From IMG/VR virus record IMGVR_UViG_3300032323_000661, positions 1-56,368 of that record: a stretch of 56,368 nucleotides of DNA; one strand, 5' to 3'. Position 1 is the stretch's first letter. Every line of letters starts with the position of its first letter. The DNA is from a virus (lineage: Duplodnaviria; Caudoviricetes). The translations under genes and the position numbers were made by a program. The notes beneath the pieces are model-generated. The model was not told where the DNA came from and ran no database searches. It saw only the letters and a list, made by a program, of their open reading frames with translations. Shown piece after piece: positions 33,116 to 40,758 of this stretch.

Positions 33116-34217
33116 TGCGGCACTCCTTCCAGTATTGTACGATTTTTTGCATGCGTTCGGCACGATCGCCGTTTATCTGGCGCACGTCGTGGTATCCCGG
33201 CCCCACCCCGATCCAGCGCACTTGCGTGTCTTTGCGTTCGATCGCTTGCACGATGTCGATCAGCTCCACCTCGTTGCGCACGTAGTTCACGAAATTGAGG
33301 AACACCTCGAACACGCCGTTGTGCCGAATCGCCTCCTCGATCTGTCGGCCCGAGAACGTGAAAATCCGGCGCGGCAGCTTCGTCACCGTGGTGAGTTCGG
33401 TCTTTTGCCCGATGTCCTCGAATGCGATCTCCACCTGATCATTGTAGCACGGGCCGGAGTATCCGACCTGCGTCCCAGTTTCGTCGAATCGGTTAGCCAC
33501 ACGGATCGGGTAGGTGCGGCAGGTGCCGAGTGCGCGGACCTTGCAGACGCGGTACTTGTCGAGCACGTCGGCGGCTTGGATGCCGGAGTCGGCCAGGATC
33601 TGCCACAGCGACACATCGCGGGAAGTCGTGTAGGGGTAGAATCCATGGTACATCGACAGCTCGTAGCCCTGCGCTCCCTCGACCAGCACGTATTCGGAAT
33701 CCTTGAGCGCTTGGCGGTACTCGTCGGTAGTGACCACGTACGGACCGAGCACATCGATGAAATTCGCCGCAATGTTCTGGTCGTCCGGGTCGCGCCGGAT
33801 ACGCTGCACCATTGCTGCGCCCACGCCCTTTTTGGTCGAGCCGATCTTAGTCATGGGTCCCGCCTCTTCCTCGATGTGGCGGTCGGTCACAATGGCGGCG
33901 TGCGGGTGGATGAGGATGTCGATATTCTTGTGGATGATGATATCGCGGCACTGCTCGATCTCGGCCAGCAGCCGGGACGGGTTGATCAGCGAGCCCGGGC
34001 CGAGGAACACGCGACGGACTGCGGGTCCCACGATGCCGTTGGCGAGGTGTGTGTGAATGAACTTGCGCCCGTTCTTGTCGATGTACGTGTGCCCCGCATT
34101 TGGTGCCCACGCAGTCACAATCGCGTCGTACGGGCCATTCTCGGCAAGGTAGCCCACGAGGAGGCCCTTGCCGGTGCTGCCGTATTGAAGATCTACGATG
34201 ACGTCTACTTTTTCCAT
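33102..34217 (-). CDS. purZ: N6-succino-2-amino-2'-deoxyadenylate synthase
   Basis: PurA fold with YGSTGKG instead of WGDEGKG, PNAGHT, EGAQG, TTVTKLPRRIFTFS, and FLNFVNY instead of TKLD. Confidence 0.95.
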   Translation of the reverse strand: MEKVDVIVDLQYGSTGKGLLVGYLAENGPYDAIVTAWAPNAGHTYIDKNGRKFIHTHLANGIVGPAVRRVFLGPGSLINPSRLLAEIEQCRDIIIHKNIDILIHPHAAIVTDRHIEEEAGPMTKIGSTKKGVGAAMVQRIRRDPDDQNIAANFIDVLGPYVVTTDEYRQALKDSEYVLVEGAQGYELSMYHGFYPYTTSRDVSLWQILADSGIQAADVLDKYRVCKVRALGTCRTYPIRVANRFDETGTQVGYSGPCYNDQVEIAFEDIGQKTELTTVTKLPRRIFTFSGRQIEEAIRHNGVFEVFLNFVNYVRNEVELIDIVQAIERKDTQVRWIGVGPGYHDVRQINGDRAERMQKIVQYWKECRNAAS

Positions 34218-34233
34218 TATTACTCCTGTTGTG

Positions 34234-36072
34234 TTAACCTTTAGCTTCGTACCAATCGTCCCCGATACCCCAGTCGCACGTGATCGGCACGCGCAACGCG
34301 ATCGGGCATTCTACACCGTCGAATGTGGTGTAAATCCGTGCTATCTCCTCCGCGTGCTGCAGACAGTCGGTGTCGAGCGAGATATCCACCTCGTCGTGAA
34401 CCGACAGCAGCAACCGCCCCCAGCCCTCGCTGCGAAGCTTGCGGTGCAACTCGATAAGCTTAATCTTCATGCAGTCGGCGCTGGTCGCTTGGTAGATCAG
34501 TCCCGACGCCTTGTGCACGAACCGCCCACCCGGGAACCGGATGTGTCTGCCCATCATCGAATGCACGTACCCGCGCTCTTTCGCGATGCCCGACGCCTTG
34601 ATCTGGTTGTTGCGCATACCCGGGTTCGCCGCGTGGTACTTGTCGAACAGCGCCAGCGCCTCGGGTCCGGCCTTGAGGTAAACGTTGCCGTTCGGCCCCT
34701 CCTCCTCGGTGTACGGCAAGCCGCACTCCTGCGCCAGCCGTCCGGAGCCCATGTTAAAGGCGAGTCCGAGGTTGATCGCCTTGGAGGACGGACCCCCGGC
34801 GTACTGCGCGTTGCGGGGAATGCCGGTCATGTCGGAGACCAGCTGGTGGAAATCCAGTTGCGGGTTCTTGCGGTAGGCCTCTAGAATCGCGGGTACTTGA
34901 CCGTAATGATTAGCCACTCGGAATTCGAATTGCGACCAATCAAGGCCCAGCCATTTCGCACCATAATCCGCCTTAAAAATCGGACGAACCAGCGATTTAA
35001 TAGCGACGTCTCTACTCGGGATCTGCTGCAGAGCGGGATTTGTAATAGAAAGCCGCCCGGTTCCCGTTCCAGCTTCAGAGTCATTTTTGGTCTGGTTGTA
35101 GTTGCAGTGAATGATGCCGTCGTGTTGATGCCCAAGGATGTGCCCCGACAGGAAGGTGTCGCGGGTCTTGAGCATCTTGCGAAGGTCCAGGATTTGCTTT
35201 GCCGCTGGGTGCCGCATGCGGCGCAGACAGTCGGCGTTGATGGACGCCTTGCCCCCGTCGGTCTTGTCGGCCCGGGTGCCGTCAATCAGATACCATTCAT
35301 TGTCCGCACCGAGCTTGGGTTGAAACAGCTGTGCGATTGAACCGGAGGGGTTCGGATTGACCTCGAAGCCCGCCATGGTATTGAGATCGCGCTGGAATTC
35401 GTCGATGCGAACGGTGAGGCTCCGGATGGCCTTCTCGGCCAGCTCCACGTCCACCCGCACTCCCTCGGTCTCCATGTCGATAATCACCGGCTGCAGATCG
35501 CGCTCCAGCTGGTGAACCCGGCGCAGGTTCTGGCGCTCCATTTCGCCGCACTGCCATTCGTACAGTGCCCGGGTGACCACCGCGTCTTGCACAGCGTACT
35601 TGGATACCACGTGCACGGGGGCTCGCGATATGTTCGGCATCTGCGCGTTCCGCGTCGCCCGCCCACCGAAGAGCTTGGCCATTTCCTCGTAGATCTCGTC
35701 GTCCTTCTTCGCACCGCAGTATTTGCGGGCCAGGAAGTCGAGCGTGTAGGTCGGCTCGTGCTCGTTGATCAGCGCAGCACGAATCATCGTGCAGTCCAGC
35801 TGCTCGGGAGGCAGTAGAACGCCGCCTTCGCGCAGAAAGTGGTAGTCGAATTTAATGTTGTGCCCGATCCACTCGCCCACGCGACCCTCGCGGATCAGGT
35901 CGTTGAACCACTCGACAATACGGGGCTCCTCGCGTACGTCCCAGTAGTACCCGCCTTCTTCCCCGGGCAACGCGATGGAAATCCCGAATACACGGTCTTC
36001 CCACCACTTGAGCCCAGTTGTCTCGGTGTCGATCACGCAGTACGGGACCGAATCAATACGGGGAACTCGCAT
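34234..36072 (-). CDS. dpoZ: Family A DNA polymerase with 3'-5' exonuclease, probably Z-selective
   Basis: Exo I DTETTGL, Exo II HNIKFD, Exo III YAVQD, TGRLS...P.LQQIP, motif A DWSQFEFR, atypical motif B KAINLGLAFNMG, motif C VHDE; directly upstream of purZ. Confidence 0.85.
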   Translation of the reverse strand: MRVPRIDSVPYCVIDTETTGLKWWEDRVFGISIALPGEEGGYYWDVREEPRIVEWFNDLIREGRVGEWIGHNIKFDYHFLREGGVLLPPEQLDCTMIRAALINEHEPTYTLDFLARKYCGAKKDDEIYEEMAKLFGGRATRNAQMPNISRAPVHVVSKYAVQDAVVTRALYEWQCGEMERQNLRRVHQLERDLQPVIIDMETEGVRVDVELAEKAIRSLTVRIDEFQRDLNTMAGFEVNPNPSGSIAQLFQPKLGADNEWYLIDGTRADKTDGGKASINADCLRRMRHPAAKQILDLRKMLKTRDTFLSGHILGHQHDGIIHCNYNQTKNDSEAGTGTGRLSITNPALQQIPSRDVAIKSLVRPIFKADYGAKWLGLDWSQFEFRVANHYGQVPAILEAYRKNPQLDFHQLVSDMTGIPRNAQYAGGPSSKAINLGLAFNMGSGRLAQECGLPYTEEEGPNGNVYLKAGPEALALFDKYHAANPGMRNNQIKASGIAKERGYVHSMMGRHIRFPGGRFVHKASGLIYQATSADCMKIKLIELHRKLRSEGWGRLLLSVHDEVDISLDTDCLQHAEEIARIYTTFDGVECPIALRVPITCDWGIGDDWYEAKG

Positions 36073-36075
36073 GGC

Positions 36076-36357
36076 TCAGAACGGGATGTCGTCGGACTCA
36101 ATACCCCCGAAGCTTGGGCGCTCCATGCGCTGCACCCCACCACCGCTGGCCGGAGCCTGTGACTCTTTGCGGTTGAGCTTGATGGAGAAGTACTTTTTGC
36201 CTTCCATCTTGCCACCGGGCTTGCCCTCGTTCACCCACGCGGAGAGCCAGTAATCTGTGCCCTCGACGTTGATCGAGCCGGAGAATTCCGGGTGCTTGTC
36301 CGTCTTGCGGTTCTCGTTGCGGGCCATCATGCCCGAATTGGTGTTGTCGTATGCCAT
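36076..36357 (-). CDS. Small ssDNA-binding protein with DDIPF tail
   Basis: Start MAYDN at 36357; K..KHP...G.I...G..YW.SAW...YFS pattern; SSB-like acidic C-terminus. Confidence 0.75.
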   Translation of the reverse strand: MAYDNTNSGMMARNENRKTDKHPEFSGSINVEGTDYWLSAWVNEGKPGGKMEGKKYFSIKLNRKESQAPASGGGVQRMERPSFGGIESDDIPF

Positions 36358-36393
36358 TTTGTATCGGTCCTCTATCAGTTCGTTGATGTGTCT

Positions 36394-36423
36394 ATTATAG
36401 CACAGGTGCCACAGGAATGGCAA
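36394..36423 (-). promoter_or_regulatory. sigma70-like promoter for the ssb-dpoZ-purZ operon
   Basis: TTGCCA-18-TATAAT, spacer ends in CACCTGTGC like the early cassettes; ATAGAGGAC RBS. Confidence 0.7.
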
Positions 36424-36433
36424 CTGGCCGCGT

Positions 36434-37849
36434 TTACAATGGGTAGGGGTTGTGGCCCTCCACAATGTCGAGTTGCCGCTTGGCGCGAGTCATACCGACG
36501 TACCAGACGCGAATCTCGTCGTCGGGCGATTTCTCGGCACTTTGCGCCACTCGGGTGGTCATGTCCGTGAGAAGAATGACGCGATCGGCCTCGTGACCTT
36601 TCGCAGCATGGATTGTAGAAAGCCGGATCGTGGGGATGGATTCCAAGTCAGCGTCTCGGTAAAAGTCCACGGCTCGCCCGGGGATGTTGAGTGCAACGTA
36701 GAAGGGTCGAGCATATACCGATTTGTAGTCGTTGGCCTCAAGGAATCCCCGAGTGGAGGCAGTGGCACAATTGAAGAGCGAATTTCGCTCTCCGTCAGTG
36801 ATCTGCTCGCCCCTTTCAAGCTTGCGGAATACGCGAATAGCGGCTGCGTATTTGTTCTGGTACATCCCCGGGCGTCCCGATTCGCGCACGTACGGGATGC
36901 GTTCTTCAATGAGCGATTGCTCAACTTCGCGAAGCACTGAATGCGTCCGTCCCAGTAAAAGTATATCCTCTCCATGTGTGATGTCCACGGAGTGAATCGA
37001 CCCGAATAGGCGGACCAGTCCCAAATCCGGGCGGGGACTAAAGTCCTTGTCCACTCGGAGAGCAACGCGACGGATGAGGTCTTGAGATTTCGCGTGGATT
37101 GCAGCAGGAAGTCGATGCGAGAGCGAGAGCACATGGCTATCACCCTGATGCTTCTGCGTGAATCTTGCCATACCGTGTGCATCCGCACCGGCCCACGTAT
37201 AAATCGCCTGATCATCGTCCCCTGCGATATGCACTTCGTGAGCACGTCGGCAGAGCTCCTCGATAACACGCCACTGAAGAGGTGATAAGTCTTGAGCTTC
37301 ATCGACAAATACGACTTCGGCATCTCCACGCATGCCGCCCCGAGCGGCTCGCTCAAGCATGTCGGTAAAGTCGTAAAAGCCATACGTAGATTTCCACTCA
37401 GCGTATGCCCGTACGAACGCATTGAACTCGGCGCGGGTTCCCGGCCTATCCGAGACGTCATATACTTCATCCGGATGGGAGAAGGTGTTGCGGGCATAGT
37501 TAAGTAGGTCAAGGTAGAAGTCTCCATCGGCACGCTCCTCATCGTCTTCGGGTGATTTCCCAATAATCGGAATCCCCATCACCGTGGAGAACTCCCGCAG
37601 TTTCATCGAATCCACCACCTGCGCCTGTCGCATATTCATCGATCGAAATGCCATGGCGTGGATGGTGGATACGTTGTCGGACCGCTTAAGACCGAGCCTG
37701 GACAGAGCCTCCGAGGCGGCGGCACGGGTGAACGACACGAAGGCGACGCGTTCGGCCTGAACGCCTGAATTCCTCGTGTGCTGCACCCGCCGCAGCATCT
37801 CGGTGGTCTTGCCGGTGCCCGGAGGCCCGTAGAGCGCGTGGACTTGCAT
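36434..37849 (-). CDS. SF1 (UvrD/Rep-like) DNA helicase
   Basis: GPPGTGKTT, SFTRAAA, VDEAQD, AGDDDQAIY, STIHAAKG.E, YVGMTRAK; ATG at 37849. Confidence 0.92.
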   Translation of the reverse strand: MQVHALYGPPGTGKTTEMLRRVQHTRNSGVQAERVAFVSFTRAAASEALSRLGLKRSDNVSTIHAMAFRSMNMRQAQVVDSMKLREFSTVMGIPIIGKSPEDDEERADGDFYLDLLNYARNTFSHPDEVYDVSDRPGTRAEFNAFVRAYAEWKSTYGFYDFTDMLERAARGGMRGDAEVVFVDEAQDLSPLQWRVIEELCRRAHEVHIAGDDDQAIYTWAGADAHGMARFTQKHQGDSHVLSLSHRLPAAIHAKSQDLIRRVALRVDKDFSPRPDLGLVRLFGSIHSVDITHGEDILLLGRTHSVLREVEQSLIEERIPYVRESGRPGMYQNKYAAAIRVFRKLERGEQITDGERNSLFNCATASTRGFLEANDYKSVYARPFYVALNIPGRAVDFYRDADLESIPTIRLSTIHAAKGHEADRVILLTDMTTRVAQSAEKSPDDEIRVWYVGMTRAKRQLDIVEGHNPYPL

Positions 37850-38208
37850 TAGCCTCGGTGCGTGATGCCACGAACGGCCCACATGCTGGCGGTCTCGGCG
37901 TTGGTGATGGCCACGGAGAACATGCGTTGCACTTCGGCGTCGTGGTAGGAGTCGCGCAGCACCAACAGGTACGTAATTGCTGCGTCGAAATGCTGCTTCG
38001 TCTGTTTCACGCGACGTATCTCGTCTTGAGACAAGGGAACATGCAGCGTCACCGACTCCTGCTCCCTCGCGGGTGCTGGGTCCGGCGTGGGCGCTGCGGC
38101 CACCACGGGTTGCGGGGATTGCACCGCGCTCTCGCTGGGCATGTCGCTGGGCATTGCCTTGAAATCGTCGTGCGGTACGGTCGTATCGGTAGTCTTTTTG
38201 GTCGCCAT
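37849..38208 (-). CDS. Acb2/Tad1-like helical-hairpin protein (putative cyclic-nucleotide sponge)
   Basis: LSQDEI..VK..K...R..SVAIT..E.A.MWAVRGI after a Pro/Ala-rich disordered N-terminus. Confidence 0.6.
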   Translation of the reverse strand: MATKKTTDTTVPHDDFKAMPSDMPSESAVQSPQPVVAAAPTPDPAPAREQESVTLHVPLSQDEIRRVKQTKQHFDAAITYLLVLRDSYHDAEVQRMFSVAITNAETASMWAVRGITHRG

Positions 38209-38224
38209 TTTGGTCAATTCCTTG

Positions 38225-38374
38225 TTAGAAGCAGTTGGTGGTACAGTTCGGTCCGAAGCAGCAGGTGGTGCAGGTCACGATGCGACCGCCCTGCATGATT
38301 GTGTGCGTTGAGCATGCCGCCCAAGTGCTCGTGGAGAGCGCAAAGATCCAGACGCCTACGAGTGCTTTTTTCAT
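38225..38374 (-). CDS. 49-aa secreted 6-Cys peptide
   Basis: MKKALVGVWIFALSTSTWAA-CSTHTIMQGGRIVTCTTCCFGPNCTTNCF*; GGAG RBS, ATGA overlap; not in the ORF track. Confidence 0.75.
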   Translation of the reverse strand: MKKALVGVWIFALSTSTWAACSTHTIMQGGRIVTCTTCCFGPNCTTNCF

Positions 38375-38733
38375 GATAACTCCCTAGGTGCGGGGAACAG
38401 TTGGGCCAGCACTTCGGCGTACTGGGACTTGCGGCGCTCCAGCAGCGCGGCTTTGTCGAGCTTGTCGAGGAGGCTCGGGAAGTTAATGTCCTCCTTGCTG
38501 CACTGCTCTTGGATATCGGCTTCCAATCGGATCAGCTCGTCGTCCAGCTTGGCCATCTCCAGCTCGGCTTGGCTCTTGACCTTGCGTGCGCGAATCGGTG
38601 CCAGCGACTCGGCCAGCTTGGCCATCTCCAGCTCGGCTTGGCTCTTGACCTTGCGTGCGCGAATCGGTGCCAGCGACTCGGCCAGCTTCTCTTTCGACAG
38701 TGCGATGATCTCGGCGAATGGTTTCAATTTCAT
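38371..38733 (-). CDS. Coiled-coil protein with internal 23-aa duplication
   Basis: LAESLAPIRARKVKSQAELEMAK occurs twice. Confidence 0.7.
   Translation of the reverse strand: MKLKPFAEIIALSKEKLAESLAPIRARKVKSQAELEMAKLAESLAPIRARKVKSQAELEMAKLDDELIRLEADIQEQCSKEDINFPSLLDKLDKAALLERRKSQYAEVLAQLFPAPRELS
38544..38688. repeat. Perfect 69-bp tandem duplication
   Basis: Units start at 38544 and 38613, bounded by CCAGCTT, which recurs at 38682. Confidence 0.9.
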
Positions 38734-39011
38734 GATGTTGCTCCAGTGAGTAATAACTTTTTGTCTGCGTTCTTGAGGAACGACAGCGGGGTTTGGGGTT
38801 CGGGTATTGGCGTCGTGTTGATCGGTGCCATATACCGCTGCGCGTCCACGAATGAATCGGTGTTGAGATCGTACCGGTACCCACGCCTCTCGTTCTCCAA
38901 ACGGTAGAGCTGCTCTTCGTAGTACCGTGCTTCCGCGCTGCTTGATGCCTTGCGGATTCGATCCCGAAGATATTCGATCTCGTTCCTCAGGGTCATGGTA
39001 GAGATTGCCAT
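38730..39011 (-). CDS. Hypothetical protein
   Basis: 93 aa, GAGG RBS, ATGA coupling. Confidence 0.65.
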   Translation of the reverse strand: MAISTMTLRNEIEYLRDRIRKASSSAEARYYEEQLYRLENERRGYRYDLNTDSFVDAQRYMAPINTTPIPEPQTPLSFLKNADKKLLLTGATS

Positions 39012-39023
39012 AGGCTTGCCCTC

Positions 39024-39051
39024 ATAACCGGGGCCGAAGCCCCGTGGTTAT
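39024..39051 (-). terminator. UUCG hairpin
   Basis: CGGGGC-TTCG-GCCCCG, extendable by ATAACC/GGTTAT, right after the 39051 stop. Confidence 0.5.
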
Positions 39052-39803
39052 CAATATTCGGAGTCTGCGGTCTCTGCCACTTCACCGTCGTAGTCGTTCG
39101 ACACCTTCACGCCACCTGCGCGGATGGTCTCGTACAGCTTCTCGGCACGGTCGTACACGTCTTTGCTCACGAACCCGAGTGGTGCGATCGCGAAGTTGTG
39201 GTACGATTCGTTGCGAGCGTTCGTCTCGGTTGCCGCCGACAGCTTGTAGGCACGGGCGAACGAGTCGGTTTGCGTCATGCGGATCAACGAGTTCCAGCGC
39301 TTGGAGACTTTCATTTTGGACTTGGCCATCGAGATCACCGCCTCCTGCCACTCGCCCCCGTAGTTCACGAGCACGAAATGCTGTGCGGTGTCGGAGACTT
39401 CGAGGCCTTCTTCACCCAGCTGCGCGATTGTGTCGCGAGCCAGTGCCTCAGTGGCGAATGCTCCACGGAAACCGTTGCTGCCACCACCCCCGGCTTTGCG
39501 GTCCTTCCACACGAGGAATTGCTTGGTGTAGTACACCGGCACAACTGTGACCGCCTCGCCATACAGCTGGCGCGTGACGTTGTTGTACAGCATACCCTCG
39601 TCGGCCCCTTCAATGTACGCCGGATCGTTCTTTTTGCGCGCTGGCGACAGCGCCTGAATCAGTTCGATTCGGGGGATAATCATGTCGTCGGTGGTGACGT
39701 TCTCGGCTCCGCGAGCTTGGCCCTGCTTGAGCCATTCCGGAATTTCGTTAGTCATTACTTCGAACGATTGCTCTTGTACTGCTACTGCTTGGTTCTTTGC
39801 CAT
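39051..39803 (-). CDS. Putative ssDNA-binding/annealing protein
   Basis: G.ENV...D..IPRI.L.QALSP...W...GG...S..WN pattern with acidic tail, in the replication module; AGGAG RBS. Confidence 0.55.
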   Translation of the reverse strand: MAKNQAVAVQEQSFEVMTNEIPEWLKQGQARGAENVTTDDMIIPRIELIQALSPARKKNDPAYIEGADEGMLYNNVTRQLYGEAVTVVPVYYTKQFLVWKDRKAGGGGSNGFRGAFATEALARDTIAQLGEEGLEVSDTAQHFVLVNYGGEWQEAVISMAKSKMKVSKRWNSLIRMTQTDSFARAYKLSAATETNARNESYHNFAIAPLGFVSKDVYDRAEKLYETIRAGGVKVSNDYDGEVAETADSEY

Positions 39804-39869
39804 TTCTGGACTCCTAGTTACATGCACGCGAGGCGTGCGGGGTTATCCGGCAGGATTGCCGAATTCGGG

Positions 39870-39945
39870 CGGGACTGTGTGGGGATCGAACCCACCACCT
39901 TCGGGTTTGAACGGCGAATTTCGCGCCGACCTCTGCTCCAGTCCC
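39870..39945 (-). ncRNA. tRNA-like element (degenerate, tRNA-fMet-like)
   Basis: 7-bp acceptor stem GGGACTG/CAGTCCC, T-arm GTGGG-TTCGATC-CCCAC, TGGAGCAG and AACCCGAAGGT segments; broken anticodon stem; no encoded CCA. Confidence 0.55.
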
Positions 39946-39952
39946 CATAATC

Positions 39953-40390
39953 TCATGACCGAGTGATACTGGCTCGCGTGAAAGGCGAGACGTTCAGCAT
40001 GTCGTCGGGGATCTCTTCACCGCTGCGGTACATCTGCTTCACCGTCGCTTTCAGCGTCGAGGGGTTAACGTTCGCGGTTATCAGGTCGCCCCGGCCATTG
40101 TCGCCGAGCCACTCGAAGAACCGCTCTTTCTGGTCCGCCTTGATACTCACGTGCATATCGGCGGTCAGCGACACGCGGCCAATGCCGGACACCGCGATGC
40201 GGTCCACACCATCATCCTCCATCTTCGCGGGCACTTTTGTGATGCGCAAGAAGTCGTATTCCTTGTTGAGTATCTTCAGCTGCGCCTCGATCGCTTCCTT
40301 GCGATTTTGCAGCGTGGACATTGCTTCGATCAGTTCTACGAGTGTCTTGCCGTCGTACTGCGCGAATTCGTTGGGGGTATCAATAGACAT
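39953..40390 (-). CDS. Conserved replication-module protein
   Basis: Coiled coil followed by WL...G.GDLI...VNPSTLKA.V motif; AAGGAG RBS. Confidence 0.7.
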   Translation of the reverse strand: MSIDTPNEFAQYDGKTLVELIEAMSTLQNRKEAIEAQLKILNKEYDFLRITKVPAKMEDDGVDRIAVSGIGRVSLTADMHVSIKADQKERFFEWLGDNGRGDLITANVNPSTLKATVKQMYRSGEEIPDDMLNVSPFTRASITRS

Positions 40391-40721
40391 TTATTTCTCC
40401 TTCGATCGAGATTCTGATGGGGGTGTACATACGGTCGCGGTTGTTCCACTTGAGGATGTTGAAGGTCGTTCCCTTCTCGCGAGCAATAGCGAATACAAGT
40501 CCCGCAACGATGGGAGAACCAGAAGTCGCGATGAAATCGACCTCCGGCCTGTACTCGGCGAATCGGCTTCGGATGAAGGCGACGAGCTTTTTGTTGTGCA
40601 GGGAGTCGAGCACATTCGATACCTCACTGGTGGACAAGAACACGGGTTCCCCGAATCGTTCAATGTCGGAGTAGTTGGCGGTCATCACCTCTTGCGTGAT
40701 GTAAATCTTCGGCTTTTCCAT
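40380..40721 (-). CDS. Small alpha/beta hypothetical protein
   Basis: 113 aa; DFIATSGSP and ILKWN...Y motifs; ATAGAGGAC RBS and TATAAT at 40751-40756. Confidence 0.7.
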   Translation of the reverse strand: MEKPKIYITQEVMTANYSDIERFGEPVFLSTSEVSNVLDSLHNKKLVAFIRSRFAEYRPEVDFIATSGSPIVAGLVFAIAREKGTTFNILKWNNRDRMYTPIRISIEGEINVY

Positions 40722-40758
40722 TAATGGTCCTCTATCTGTGTGTAGGTTCTATTATACA

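Noticed and set aside
33102-34217. purA as an auxiliary metabolic gene
   Set aside because: The catalytic Asp motif GDEGKG is GSTGKG, the GTP-specific TKLD motif is NFVNY, and the neighbours are datZ and mazZ.
39870-39945. tRNA-Sec or opal suppressor implying TGA recoding
   Set aside because: The anticodon stem is broken, there is no long variable arm, and many genes end cleanly at TGA with ATGA overlaps.
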